NCBI GenBank assembly: GCA_017470645.1 | Contig: JAFUYJ010000026.1 | Coordinates: 4,372 to 68,371, forward strand | Direction of reading: 5' to 3' | Source: Clostridia bacterium | GTDB taxonomy: Bacteria; Bacillota; Clostridia; TANB77; CAG-508 | DNA: 64,000 nucleotides | Shown here: positions 47,901-58,105 of the stretch, piece by piece | How positions within the stretch are numbered: position 1 is the first letter of the stretch | Layout: each line of letters begins with the position of its first letter | Translations under genes and position numbers: made by a program | Notes under the pieces: model-generated | Database searches by the model: none | Seen by the model: the letters and a program-made list of their open reading frames with translations, nothing else | Told to the model about the DNA's origin: nothing

Positions 47901-50900
47901 CAATAAAATACACAAGAAAATCAAATTCTCAAGAAGAAACATTACATTCATCACCAGTATATGCAATAAATGGTGATACAACAGGAACAATAAAAGTACA
48001 AAAGAAATTTGAAAACTATAAAATAGGTGAAGCACCAAACGGAGTAAGTTTAGAAGGAATAGAATTCAAACTTCAATATTATGACGAAGCAGCAGGAGAA
48101 AAGAAATTCTTACAAAATGATAATAATGAAGACATAGTAGCAACAACAAATTCATACGGAATAGCAACATTTGCAAACATTCCAGCAGGAACATATTATT
48201 TATATGAAGTAACAGAGTTTGATCAATATTCAGGAATAGGTGGACTAAATATAATAAATGTAAATCCAGCAGAAACAATAAATTACACAGCAATTAACTA
48301 CTTAAAACGCGGTGATATTACAATACATAAAAAATGGGAAGGAACCAATGATGACCAAGGAACTGTAACATTTTTAGTAAAAAGAGTAAATGCAACAAGG
48401 GAAACATATCAAACAGTACAAAGAACAGTGCAAACAGATGAAAACGGAGATGCAGTTGTTAAAAATATACCATATGGAGCTTATCAAATTACAGAGACTA
48501 GTGGAAAAGCTGGTTGGACAGCAGCATCAGAAAATATAATGGTAGTGTTAAATGTCGAAGAGAAAAGCACCGATTATGAAAATATACAAGGAAAAGGAAT
48601 TCTACAAATAGTAAAAACTGTGCCTCCAAGAGAATCAGTTGAAGAACTTTCATTCCATATTGTTGGACATGGAATGATTTCATTCAACAACACAGATGGT
48701 GAGGAAGTAGACACAAATTGCGAATACACAATAAACATATCAGATGAGCAACAACCAGAAGGTGTAGAAGTAACAGTATCAGATGACAAAACAACAGCAA
48801 CAATTAAAATCTCAAACCTATATTTAGGTTATTACACAATTGAAGAAATTAACGTTCCTGTATTAGATGGAACAGATATTCAAAAATATACACCAGCATC
48901 AAAAGAAGTATATTTAACAACGCACGATTTGGTAAACCCTGTTGTTGTAAACATTGAAAACAATTATAAATATGGAAATATCGAAATAAATAAAACAGCA
49001 AAATTAAAAGAAGGCGACGAATATACAGATATAGGTGACTTATCTGAATTTAAAGTACGTGTAACAGGAACATCATATTATGGAAATACTATAGATTCAA
49101 CAATTCAGTTAAATGAAGATGGACATGGATTAGGAAAATTTGAAATAGGTGAATATACTGTAACAGAAGAGCCAGTAGATGGATATACAACATATTATGG
49201 AATAAATAATACAGCAAGCACAGATCCAGTAAATGTAAGGGTACAAGCAGGTAGAACTGTAACTCAAAACCTATACAATGAACATACAGGTATTGGATAT
49301 GTAAGAGTAGAGAAAAGCTTAGAAGGTGTAGACGACCCACAAACAGTTGTAAATGCAGGAATTAGGTTCGCAGTAGTTGGACAAAATGTTGCAGGTGGAA
49401 GAGTAAATGAAACAATTACAATAAACCAAATTGATGAAACAAAAAATGTTGCATATGGAATTTCAGGACCAATATCATCAGGAGGAGAGTACGAACTTCA
49501 AGAAATTGAAAGTACAGTACCAGAATTCTATGAAGCAGTTGAGCCACAAGAAATATCTATTAGAACAGAACATACAGCATCTGCACCATTAGTAAAAGAT
49601 ATAACAAACCCAAGAAGTAGAGGAAACCTAGAAATAATCACAACAACAGATCCAGCAGGAGGACCTTTAACAGGAATAACTTATAAGGTAACAGAAGTAG
49701 CATTAGGAGAAAATGGAACATATACAAAAATTGGAACACCAGTAGATGTTGATGGAAGCAATGATAGTGTTAAACCAAGTTTTGCAGAATTAAGCAGCAT
49801 TTATGCGGGATATTACTTAGTAGAACAAGTAACAGTTCCAGATGGATGGATAAAAGATGTTAGCCAAATAGTAGAAGTGCCAGCAGATAATACAGGATAT
49901 GCAAACTTTGAAATAACAGCAAAGAAAAAATTAAGAGAAAATAAAGTTACAATAAATAAAGTAATATTAAATGAAGTAGGTTTAGAAGCATCAGCAGAAG
50001 AAATATCAGCAGCACAATTAAATACAGATGAAAGCTTTGAAGTAAAAATAACAAATATTCAAACACAAGAAGAATACTATGTATTTACTTCAACAACAAA
50101 ACCAGGAGTAATTCAAGGATTAGATGCAGGAACATACAAAGTAGAAGAAGTATTCAAACCAAAATATACAACAGCTGGATACTACATTCAAAGAGTTGTA
50201 GACCTTGAAGCAGGAGATATAAGAGAAGAAAAAATTGAAGCAACAGAAGGAACATATCAATTTACAATAACTGAGCAAGGAAATAAAGCAGAAGATGTTA
50301 CATTGACAATTAAAAATCAAATAAACACAAAATACGGTTTTGGTGGACAAGAAAGCATAGACAACTTAAGTAAAGAACAAGTAAGTGAAGAGGAAGTTAC
50401 ATATGTTACAAAATCAATAGTTTATGTTGTAGATGAAAATGGAAATGCTATTTCAGGAGTTAAATTTAATTTATTTGACTCAGAAAATAGAAAAGTATTC
50501 TTAGATGGTAAGGATGAATTTGAAATTGCAAATAAAAAATTAATAATCAAAGGTCTTCCAGTAGGAGCTTATACACTAAAATGTACAGAAGTACCAGAAG
50601 GATATTTAGTACCAAGTGATGAAACAATTGTTGTATATAGTGATGCAACACAAGTAGCAAGGGTAGAAATTCAAAAGAATATACCACGTGGAAGCTTAAC
50701 ACTTTCAACTACATACAAAAATGAAAAAGGAGAAACAAAATATTTACCACGTTCTAAATATAAAGTTGTAGACTCAGAAGGAAACTTAGTAAAATTCGTT
50801 AAAACATCAACAGGTGATTATAAGAAATCTAACCTAGAAGATGCATCTCCAATAGTAGTATTAAAATCTGGAGTTGTAGAATTAGAAGGATTAGAAACTG

Positions 50901-53900
50901 GAGATTATGAAATTGGTATAGTAAATGTTACTGATGGATATGGAATTCAAAAGGATTTACCTGAATATGTAGAGGTTGTAGAAAATACGGATAAAGAAGT
51001 TAATGTTGAGGTAATTAAGAATGAAGTTGTTCAAATAGATGTGGATAGTTATTATGGTAATGGTGGTATTAGCATGTACCTTGATAACAATGGCGATTTA
51101 TATATATTGGGTACTGATAGTAACGGAGGAAGTGAATCACATACACAATGGGAAAAAATGACATTTCCAATTGATAATGTAAAAATTGTTAAATTCAGCT
51201 ATGGATATCATACTTGGTTAGCAATTGATACTGAAGGTAGAGTATGGGGACATACTTCTACAGCTACATCTTCTGCAGAATATCAATTAGGAGAATTATA
51301 TGGAAATGCAACATACACCTTATCAAATGGAGAAAAACTAATAAACATTACGGAAAATGGAGTACTAAGAGATGCATATTATAATAAAAATGCTAGATTT
51401 GTTGACGTTCAAACATCATATGAACAAACAATATTATTGGATGACCAGGGAAGAGTATGGACAATAGGTAACTATACTGGAGATTCTCAAGGAAACACAC
51501 AATTCAAAGCAAATGAGATATCAACATTCGTGGAAAATGATATTAGAGTTACAAAATTGGCAAAAATCGCAGGTAATACTCTTTACTACTGCATGAAAGG
51601 AGTAGTAGATTCCGAAGGAAAAGTATGGATATGGGGTGGAGCAATTGCTCCATACGTTCCAACCTGTATATCAGATACGACTAATTTGAAAGATGTTGAA
51701 GTTAAAGAAGTTATGATGGAGGGAAAAGATGTAAAAATAGTTGATACAGATGGATATATTTGGAACTTGAAATACGGCGAAGAAGTTGCAACAAGATGGG
51801 ATAAATCAGTATTCGATGGAGCAAAAATTGAAATGATAAGAAGTGGATATGATGTGTCAGCAGCAATAGATGAATATGGAAGAGTATGGACATGGGGAAC
51901 AGGAAGATTCGGAGAATTAGGAAATGGAAGTCTAGAAGATGTAGATACTCCAACATGTATATCTAAAAACACATCTGATGTATTATATGATGTTAAAATT
52001 AAAGATATAGCTGTATCAGAAAATAGCTATGGCCATGTATTAGCAGTAGACACAAATAACAGATTATGGGGCTGGGGTGAAAAATCTACCTATGGTGAGA
52101 TTGGTCCAGTAAGTTCAGATTGGATACCTACTCCAAGAAGAGTAGAAAGAATATACGATGCTCATTTAGAATATAATCTTAAATTTAAGAAAGTATTTGC
52201 TGATACACAAAGTGTTCCATATACATATTTTGCAATAGATAATGAAGGAAAAGTTTGGGTATGGGGAGATAACAACTACAGTGCACTAGGAATTCAAAGA
52301 ACAAATGGTTCAGGTACACAGGTAGCTGTACCTACAATTCTAGACGAAGTGTCATCAGTAGAGATGAAGAAGATTTCAAGCCATTATCATACTACGATAA
52401 TGTTGTCAGAGGACGGACGAGTATTTATTTGCGGAAACAACGGATTAAAAGGTGATGGAACTTATGCAAGAAGCTATAATGGTCTAGGTATTACAGAAAT
52501 AACTGATAATTTTAATCTGCCACAAAATACATCTATAGTCGATGTAAAGGCAGGAGACGAATATTATATGGTATTAGATTCAGATGGTAATGTGTATACA
52601 TGGGGAATAAATTCTAGTAAACCATTAGGAAGAAATGCTAGTAGCGATTACCTAACTATTAGTAAAGTAACCGCATTATCGGGAATAAATATTAAGAAAA
52701 TAGACATTGGAGATTATGGTGCATCAGCTATTTCAGAAGACGGAAAACTATATACTTGGAAATCATCAACACCTTCACTATATCAAACAGACAATACATT
52801 TGTTGATATTCAGGGTAATCATTTATTAGACAATAAAGGTCATGTATGGTATATAGATTATTACAATAATGAAATAGAAGAAGTAACATCTTCAACATCA
52901 CATATATTAAATGTAAAATATCAAGATGATGAAAATTATAGAATAGTTAAAATGTACGAAATATCTCAATATGACGCTATATTACAAGATTCTAACGGAG
53001 ACTATTGGTTCCAGATCTCAGATATAATGTCTCCTGCAAAATGGGATACAGGTGTAAAAAATATAACAAGCATTGCAAATCGTTTATTTGTAGATAGTGC
53101 AGGAAACTTATGGAGTTATAATGGAAATGATGGAAGTAATGTAACAAATTATGCTGTGGGAAAACAAAATGATTTATATGGTAAAAAAGCTATACACATT
53201 GAAGGAAATTATCTTGTAGCTGAAGATGGAACTTATATCAATGGAACTTCGACCGCCAAGGTTAGTTCAAAATACTACATAGAAAATACATTAGGAACAC
53301 ACATTGTAGATTCAACAGGATTATTATTGTTAGATGAAAATGGAAAGATATGGAAATATAGTGCGACAAATCCAACATGCTTAAGTGATACAGAATCACA
53401 ATTGATAAATCTACACGAAAATGATAGCGATTTTAAATTTGAGAAAATATTTGGAGATAGCTCTACATCATACGCAGTAGACAGCAATGGAAAAGTATGG
53501 TCTATAGGAAATGGCTCATATGGAAAACTTGGAAATGGAAGTACATCAAGTAGTCAAACACCTATATGTATTAGTGATATTTCAGGAGTAGATATAAGAA
53601 ATGTAACAAGTATTACTTTAGGTGGAGATAACGAAGTAATAGCAAAAGACGATAATGGTAATGTATGGGTATGGGGACGTAACAATGGTGGATTAGGTAG
53701 TGGTACTACATCAAATATAACAACACCATATCATATAAATACACAAAGACTAAGTGGAAAAGCTGTTAAAGATATTTATGCTGACAGATATCACGGTGTA
53801 TTAGTATGCGAAGATGGATCTGTATACATATCAGGAGATAATTCAAGCATAACAAGTTATAAATACTGGAATAAAGTAGCAGACTGTGAAGGTGCGTCAA

Positions 53901-56656
53901 TAGTCGCTTCAGGCAGCGTTTCTGGAGATTATTGTAGATATTTTATAGCAGGTGGAAATAAAATATGGACAATAAGTAAATATGTAGACACTCAACCAAC
54001 GGTAATAGCTGAAGATATAAATGTTAAAGATTATATTTTCGCTTCATCTTCTCAACATCATTTGATAAGCAATATACGCCCAATAGATGAAGATGGACAG
54101 CTATGGAACATAAGTAACAGTAACGAATTATCAAAGGACCAAGTAATGGGTGAAATTGTTGCAATTTGTTCAGATAAAAATAAGAGCGCTTTAGATATAA
54201 ATGGAATGTACACATTCACAGGAGCTTGTGTTGACGTATCTCAAGCCATAATCGATATATATGGAGAACTAAACAGAGAAAATATACAAAAATTTGCAGA
54301 GATTATATCAATCGATGAGAAATGTGTAGTTGTAAACGGCAAAATATGGAAGATGTGTATACTTAGTGGAGGTAATTACAGTATAAGATATTCTTGCATA
54401 AGTGACTTAGCGGGAACTGATTTAGTAGGAAAAACTTTCGTAGAATGCAATAACGTATATGCATTAGATACAGATGGAAACATTTATGATATTCAAACAG
54501 GAGAATGCTTAACAACAGCAGTAACAGAAAGCTCAATAAAATCTAACAACGAAGTAATAAATGTAGTAAAAGAAAATGCAGTATACGGAACAAAATTCAA
54601 AGACGTTGCCAACGACAGATTCGCAATATCAGAAAATGACGATTTATGGTACTTTGGAGTTTCTGGAGAACCAGTAAACATTACTGACGCAGAAAAAGGA
54701 AGAAAAAATCCTTTAGCAGGAAAAGAAATTGTACATTTAGAAGTAAATAATGGAAATCATTATGCAGTAACAAGTGACCATGAAGTATGGAATCTAAGTG
54801 GAGATGTACCAAAATATGTATTTAATGAACCAGATATGGAATTAAAATATATCTATAGATATTACAGTGCTGATTCATATCAATTCTATGTAGCATTAGA
54901 TTATGATGGTAATATTTGGGTATGTGGACAACATCCAGACAATTTAGGACTTCCTACAGGTGCAGCAACAACGGACAATCAAATAATTTGTTTAAATGAT
55001 ATACAAGGAACACCTCTATATTCAAACAAACAAAATGACCCTGAATTTAAAATAGAAAAAATATCTAGTGTAGGTACAGGAAATCCATACGGATTCATTG
55101 CAATAGATAACTATGGAAAACTTTGGGCATGGGGATCTAATAATGGTTACTTAGGAACCGGTAATACATCTAAAGTAACTATGGCTACATGTATAACTCA
55201 AACTGGTGGAGATGACATATTCTATGCATTCTATAGAGATGGCATAAAAATGGAAGAAATATTGCAAAATGGTTATGATTTGAAAGATAGCCAGGGTACT
55301 AGTTGGTATGTAGATAGAAGTACTTATAAATGGGTGCCATTCCCAGGAAATAATGCAGGTGATATGGCAACAGCAGGAGAAGATTTTAGTATTCAAAAAA
55401 CGTTACGTAGTAGAGCAGTAACCTTTGGTAATAATGGTAAAATTTATACTAATAACGACAATACAGATGTATTTAGAGAAGTTGAAGGAATAGGTGAATA
55501 TACAAATGTAGAATACGGAGGATATTCATCATCAACAATAAGTACAAGTCCTAGAATTTATGTAAGTACTTATTTCTATATTGGTTATAAAGACGACGGT
55601 GTATATATCATAAAAGAAAATATAACTACAGAAAATGGAACAAAAAATTACAGTTGGGAATCAAAAAAAGTAGGAGAATTTGCAGAAGTTGGTTACAAAA
55701 CAGTTACATCAACAACGATAAGTACAACACCGTATGTAGTTAAAAGAACGTTTATATACATTGGATACAAAGACGATGGCGTATATCGTATAAGTGAAAA
55801 TATAACTTATGAAAATGGGGCAATAACAGATTCTAACTTGGAAACAGAACAAATATATTCAAAGAAAATAGTTAAAAATTACTCAAACGCATTGCTTATA
55901 GATGAGGATGGAGCATTATTAGAATATGTTTCTTCATCAAAATCATTCGTAAATAGATATGAAGACTCAGAATCATCAGTATATAACCAGAAGGTAACAG
56001 ATATAGAAAATATTAATGGTACAATGATTATTACAGGAGAAAATGGAAAACTATACGGTTACCAAGGAGTACACGGAACAACAATGGGAGAATTTACATT
56101 CTATGATGACTTTATACAAGATGTATATGGGGAAGTTAATAATGATTTAAGGATACAAGTAACAAGAGAATTTGTAAGATTCAATTATCCACAAGCAAAC
56201 TATGCAACAAAATACTTATCAACAAATGGTGATATTTATGATGTATCGTTATATAATGGAGTATTAACATGGAGCAATACAAAATTCTCAGAAAATTACT
56301 TAGGAGTAGGAAAAGTATCAAGAGTAGTTGGAGAATACGAATTTGAAGATATCTTTGGAGATATTTACAGAGTAACCCCAACAGGAGTTAATAGCTATAC
56401 AATAGAAAAAACAACAGACGTAACTCCATTCCAGACTGCAGAACCAACAGAAGAAATACAAATAGACGGTGTCGAAATTGTAAAACAAACACAACATAAA
56501 GCATTGGATAGTAATGGTAACTTATATGTTTGGGATGAATATACAGGTTTATCAAAAGATACTGAGGGAGTTGTTAACTTAACTGATACAGAATACAGTG
56601 TAGAACCTATTTACTCTCATGGTAATGGATGGTCTGTAGTAAAAAGATCTTACTAA
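44987..56656 (+). CDS. 3889-aa secreted protein: N-terminal beta region, tandem SpaA/Cna-B-like domains, RCC1-like repeats
   Basis: Signal peptide; repeated I.K...G..F......TT...G.A.F..IP.G.Y...E; AIDEYGRVWTWG....GELG.G. Confidence 0.8.
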   Translation: MKNLVKGNLLKKFISIILILAIVIPYLPMSVFANNEQETEENEFAGIVDLDVAWTTGDEILNGYATNNYKLQYTLRLNQIASGFEDVKVNIETDNVAGVNDYVYCSIQEMSGNGFSTINYGNKDTGSSLQENVSVGFRNKNETLNRTVTVKATGKYKDASNPNAIDGYVTFSVKKELKANITPYDKRVTPYNVTLQWSENGLGRPKATYNRTDLGRNIYGGNLGWYMTKLNASYPLYIYSGSLTQKLDLKVTINRYNVENNVNVSKLGDGYTIDWDGLDTLLGTPTQTTNDDGSITYTFSKGVESETLDRNQTFSVDKEFNIKVVYQTPNTNPTEGSPEQYTYFTYQAVLDTQGFKTEQNWGENESVEKVTKSTSIYDRSSAAVYSYTPGNTAWVDADYSNGEYLPEDFISKLKTDRTVSLDTTVDMTYVAGDIRWSDGDYISFKTPTLRYMADDGSLNTINLNANQLKINKVSTSYDIGSKFVNGSENSEINGEYNVSSNTNTFTISLPDPVTNLSAYATDVYRSQTFSDVFNLTYQVNADVLGLTDNELENIVSLSFELELHGPNTSTGKSLLTLKNQSFLNEVKYSYMEMELVGDFDTSEANIGKSESKSVKLRMYRNQRTFGNDTDEKKKVVLNENPTFFVSLPNGFDYSNIDVRSSNDKIIIDEDNLDLIPVNGEQVLVIPCVGTYDSRELEEVDITITYTRTLKNTSNRSFNISAYMITDNENYVRKTNNINNFHKDGEEAPDSLFYTYESFNLVGGSELNARTKLIVNEEYDPNNAESAGQKNNPAIVDFSKDEVSIRSQVDAKGDTLTNVEILTRLPFANNTYIYNTDNQLIEANYNADGELNDFIDDHQDKLKGVAKNTAIPQLTFSNIAVNGVYRIKGTSVTKINDSEYQIYYTTQDDAEFDSTTFVRYEEGVSDLSQAKNIKVVLEDENGTQTEIKTGESIYVEYNVTMPDNSGMMATTSSIKYTRKSNSQEETLHSSPVYAINGDTTGTIKVQKKFENYKIGEAPNGVSLEGIEFKLQYYDEAAGEKKFLQNDNNEDIVATTNSYGIATFANIPAGTYYLYEVTEFDQYSGIGGLNIINVNPAETINYTAINYLKRGDITIHKKWEGTNDDQGTVTFLVKRVNATRETYQTVQRTVQTDENGDAVVKNIPYGAYQITETSGKAGWTAASENIMVVLNVEEKSTDYENIQGKGILQIVKTVPPRESVEELSFHIVGHGMISFNNTDGEEVDTNCEYTINISDEQQPEGVEVTVSDDKTTATIKISNLYLGYYTIEEINVPVLDGTDIQKYTPASKEVYLTTHDLVNPVVVNIENNYKYGNIEINKTAKLKEGDEYTDIGDLSEFKVRVTGTSYYGNTIDSTIQLNEDGHGLGKFEIGEYTVTEEPVDGYTTYYGINNTASTDPVNVRVQAGRTVTQNLYNEHTGIGYVRVEKSLEGVDDPQTVVNAGIRFAVVGQNVAGGRVNETITINQIDETKNVAYGISGPISSGGEYELQEIESTVPEFYEAVEPQEISIRTEHTASAPLVKDITNPRSRGNLEIITTTDPAGGPLTGITYKVTEVALGENGTYTKIGTPVDVDGSNDSVKPSFAELSSIYAGYYLVEQVTVPDGWIKDVSQIVEVPADNTGYANFEITAKKKLRENKVTINKVILNEVGLEASAEEISAAQLNTDESFEVKITNIQTQEEYYVFTSTTKPGVIQGLDAGTYKVEEVFKPKYTTAGYYIQRVVDLEAGDIREEKIEATEGTYQFTITEQGNKAEDVTLTIKNQINTKYGFGGQESIDNLSKEQVSEEEVTYVTKSIVYVVDENGNAISGVKFNLFDSENRKVFLDGKDEFEIANKKLIIKGLPVGAYTLKCTEVPEGYLVPSDETIVVYSDATQVARVEIQKNIPRGSLTLSTTYKNEKGETKYLPRSKYKVVDSEGNLVKFVKTSTGDYKKSNLEDASPIVVLKSGVVELEGLETGDYEIGIVNVTDGYGIQKDLPEYVEVVENTDKEVNVEVIKNEVVQIDVDSYYGNGGISMYLDNNGDLYILGTDSNGGSESHTQWEKMTFPIDNVKIVKFSYGYHTWLAIDTEGRVWGHTSTATSSAEYQLGELYGNATYTLSNGEKLINITENGVLRDAYYNKNARFVDVQTSYEQTILLDDQGRVWTIGNYTGDSQGNTQFKANEISTFVENDIRVTKLAKIAGNTLYYCMKGVVDSEGKVWIWGGAIAPYVPTCISDTTNLKDVEVKEVMMEGKDVKIVDTDGYIWNLKYGEEVATRWDKSVFDGAKIEMIRSGYDVSAAIDEYGRVWTWGTGRFGELGNGSLEDVDTPTCISKNTSDVLYDVKIKDIAVSENSYGHVLAVDTNNRLWGWGEKSTYGEIGPVSSDWIPTPRRVERIYDAHLEYNLKFKKVFADTQSVPYTYFAIDNEGKVWVWGDNNYSALGIQRTNGSGTQVAVPTILDEVSSVEMKKISSHYHTTIMLSEDGRVFICGNNGLKGDGTYARSYNGLGITEITDNFNLPQNTSIVDVKAGDEYYMVLDSDGNVYTWGINSSKPLGRNASSDYLTISKVTALSGINIKKIDIGDYGASAISEDGKLYTWKSSTPSLYQTDNTFVDIQGNHLLDNKGHVWYIDYYNNEIEEVTSSTSHILNVKYQDDENYRIVKMYEISQYDAILQDSNGDYWFQISDIMSPAKWDTGVKNITSIANRLFVDSAGNLWSYNGNDGSNVTNYAVGKQNDLYGKKAIHIEGNYLVAEDGTYINGTSTAKVSSKYYIENTLGTHIVDSTGLLLLDENGKIWKYSATNPTCLSDTESQLINLHENDSDFKFEKIFGDSSTSYAVDSNGKVWSIGNGSYGKLGNGSTSSSQTPICISDISGVDIRNVTSITLGGDNEVIAKDDNGNVWVWGRNNGGLGSGTTSNITTPYHINTQRLSGKAVKDIYADRYHGVLVCEDGSVYISGDNSSITSYKYWNKVADCEGASIVASGSVSGDYCRYFIAGGNKIWTISKYVDTQPTVIAEDINVKDYIFASSSQHHLISNIRPIDEDGQLWNISNSNELSKDQVMGEIVAICSDKNKSALDINGMYTFTGACVDVSQAIIDIYGELNRENIQKFAEIISIDEKCVVVNGKIWKMCILSGGNYSIRYSCISDLAGTDLVGKTFVECNNVYALDTDGNIYDIQTGECLTTAVTESSIKSNNEVINVVKENAVYGTKFKDVANDRFAISENDDLWYFGVSGEPVNITDAEKGRKNPLAGKEIVHLEVNNGNHYAVTSDHEVWNLSGDVPKYVFNEPDMELKYIYRYYSADSYQFYVALDYDGNIWVCGQHPDNLGLPTGAATTDNQIICLNDIQGTPLYSNKQNDPEFKIEKISSVGTGNPYGFIAIDNYGKLWAWGSNNGYLGTGNTSKVTMATCITQTGGDDIFYAFYRDGIKMEEILQNGYDLKDSQGTSWYVDRSTYKWVPFPGNNAGDMATAGEDFSIQKTLRSRAVTFGNNGKIYTNNDNTDVFREVEGIGEYTNVEYGGYSSSTISTSPRIYVSTYFYIGYKDDGVYIIKENITTENGTKNYSWESKKVGEFAEVGYKTVTSTTISTTPYVVKRTFIYIGYKDDGVYRISENITYENGAITDSNLETEQIYSKKIVKNYSNALLIDEDGALLEYVSSSKSFVNRYEDSESSVYNQKVTDIENINGTMIITGENGKLYGYQGVHGTTMGEFTFYDDFIQDVYGEVNNDLRIQVTREFVRFNYPQANYATKYLSTNGDIYDVSLYNGVLTWSNTKFSENYLGVGKVSRVVGEYEFEDIFGDIYRVTPTGVNSYTIEKTTDVTPFQTAEPTEEIQIDGVEIVKQTQHKALDSNGNLYVWDEYTGLSKDTEGVVNLTDTEYSVEPIYSHGNGWSVVKRSY

Positions 56657-56708
56657 GAAACTTTTGGGGACACTCAGATGTTTTGAGGGACACTGCAAAA
56701 AAACAGCA
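56657..56708. repeat. Tandem A-type and B-type REP-like halves
   Basis: gaaacttttggggacact followed by gatgttttgagggacactgcaaaaaaacagca, starting directly after the stop codon. Confidence 0.8.
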
Positions 56709-56764
56709 TAAGATTTTAGTAAAAAAATTAAGTTAAAAATTCAGAATAAATATTTAAATCTAAG

Positions 56765-56800
56765 AAAACAGCATATGGCGTTCTGCCATATGTTGTTTTT
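56765..56800 (+). terminator. Intrinsic terminator
   Basis: aaaacagcatatggc-gttct-gccatatgttgttttt. Confidence 0.7.
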
Positions 56801-57077
56801 GTCTCTGTTTAACATCTAATTTTGTCGAATAAACACGAACGATTTTTCTTGACATCGGAATACTAAGTTGATATTATAGAGTTAATTTAAATTTGATAAG
56901 TGTTTATTTCAAAAATATTCATTTCAATTTTAATTATAATTTTTCGAAAAATTAATTCAGGGGTTTTGAAAAGAAAATCTTAATTTATAAGATCTATTCA
57001 AACAGATTTATTCTTAAGTTCCATTGGAACAAAAAATCAATTTATCAAAAAATAAATATTAAACATGAAAAGGAGAA

Positions 57078-57941
57078 ATGCCTATGAAACTAAGCAAAAG
57101 ACCATATAAACCATATTCAGAAAACGAAAAAAGTATTAGGAGAGATGATATTTTTAAAATAGTATTAGGAACAAATGAAAGATTTGAGTATATGAAAGAC
57201 TTTTTGGAAGGTGTACTTCATAAAGATATAACAAATATTGCTATAACTAACGACGTTGCATTAGATAAAATTCACGCAGATAATAAGTTGATGAGGCTTG
57301 ATATTTTAGTAGAAACCGTAGACGAAAATGGAAAAAAGGAGAAAATAAATGTTGAACTTCAGAACAAAAACGAGTATAATATAAGGGAAAGAAGCGAAAT
57401 ATATGCAAGTGGAATATTGTATAATTCTTTAAAAACATCAGAGAATTATTTCGAAATGCCAAAAACAATTGTAATATGGATATTAGGGTTTAATATGTTT
57501 AAAGATGGTAGTTATCATGAAATTGCAAGAATAAAAAGAGATTTTAATAATGAGGAACTATCAGAAAAAATAGAATATCATTATATACAATTACCCAAGT
57601 TTTTGGAACAAGTAACAGAGATAACAACTAAGGAGGAGCAATGGCTTGCATATCTATCATGTAGCTTAAATGATAATGAGTTAAAGGAGTTGTTTAAAAT
57701 GAATAGGAGTATTGAAGAAATCAACAAAATAGTTGATATTGTTATGACAGATGATGATGTATGGGATGCCTTAAATACTAGAATTTTAAATAAACACTTA
57801 GAAATGGCAAAACGTGCTAAGGCTATTAAAGATGGAAAAGAAGAAGTAGCTAAAAAAATGTTAGAAAAGAAAATGTCTGATGAAGAAATTGTAGAATTGA
57901 CAGGATTAAGTATTGAAGAAATAAATGAATTAAAAAATTAA
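57078..57941 (+). CDS. Rpn family PD-(D/E)XK nuclease (recombination-promoting nuclease/putative transposase)
   Basis: DDIFKIV, RLDILV...INVELQ, IVIWIL, YIQLPKF, W..YL, C-terminal VAKKML...I..LTGLS.EEI. Confidence 0.88.
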   Translation: MPMKLSKRPYKPYSENEKSIRRDDIFKIVLGTNERFEYMKDFLEGVLHKDITNIAITNDVALDKIHADNKLMRLDILVETVDENGKKEKINVELQNKNEYNIRERSEIYASGILYNSLKTSENYFEMPKTIVIWILGFNMFKDGSYHEIARIKRDFNNEELSEKIEYHYIQLPKFLEQVTEITTKEEQWLAYLSCSLNDNELKELFKMNRSIEEINKIVDIVMTDDDVWDALNTRILNKHLEMAKRAKAIKDGKEEVAKKMLEKKMSDEEIVELTGLSIEEINELKN

Positions 57942-57954
57942 TAACCTGAACAGT

Positions 57955-58022
57955 AAATTTGTACAGTGTACTAAACAAAACGTCTAAAAATGCAAATTTT
58001 GTATAGTACACTGTACAAATTT
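57955..58022. repeat. 26-bp inverted repeat after the Rpn gene
   Basis: 57955-57980 versus 57997-58022, 25/26 complementary. Confidence 0.75.
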
Positions 58023-58105
58023 TGAATTTTATGAACCTCTTGCAATAATTACCAAAATGTAGTATAATAACAAAAGTTCAAATTAAAAAGAGGAGAGATA
58101 ATCTT

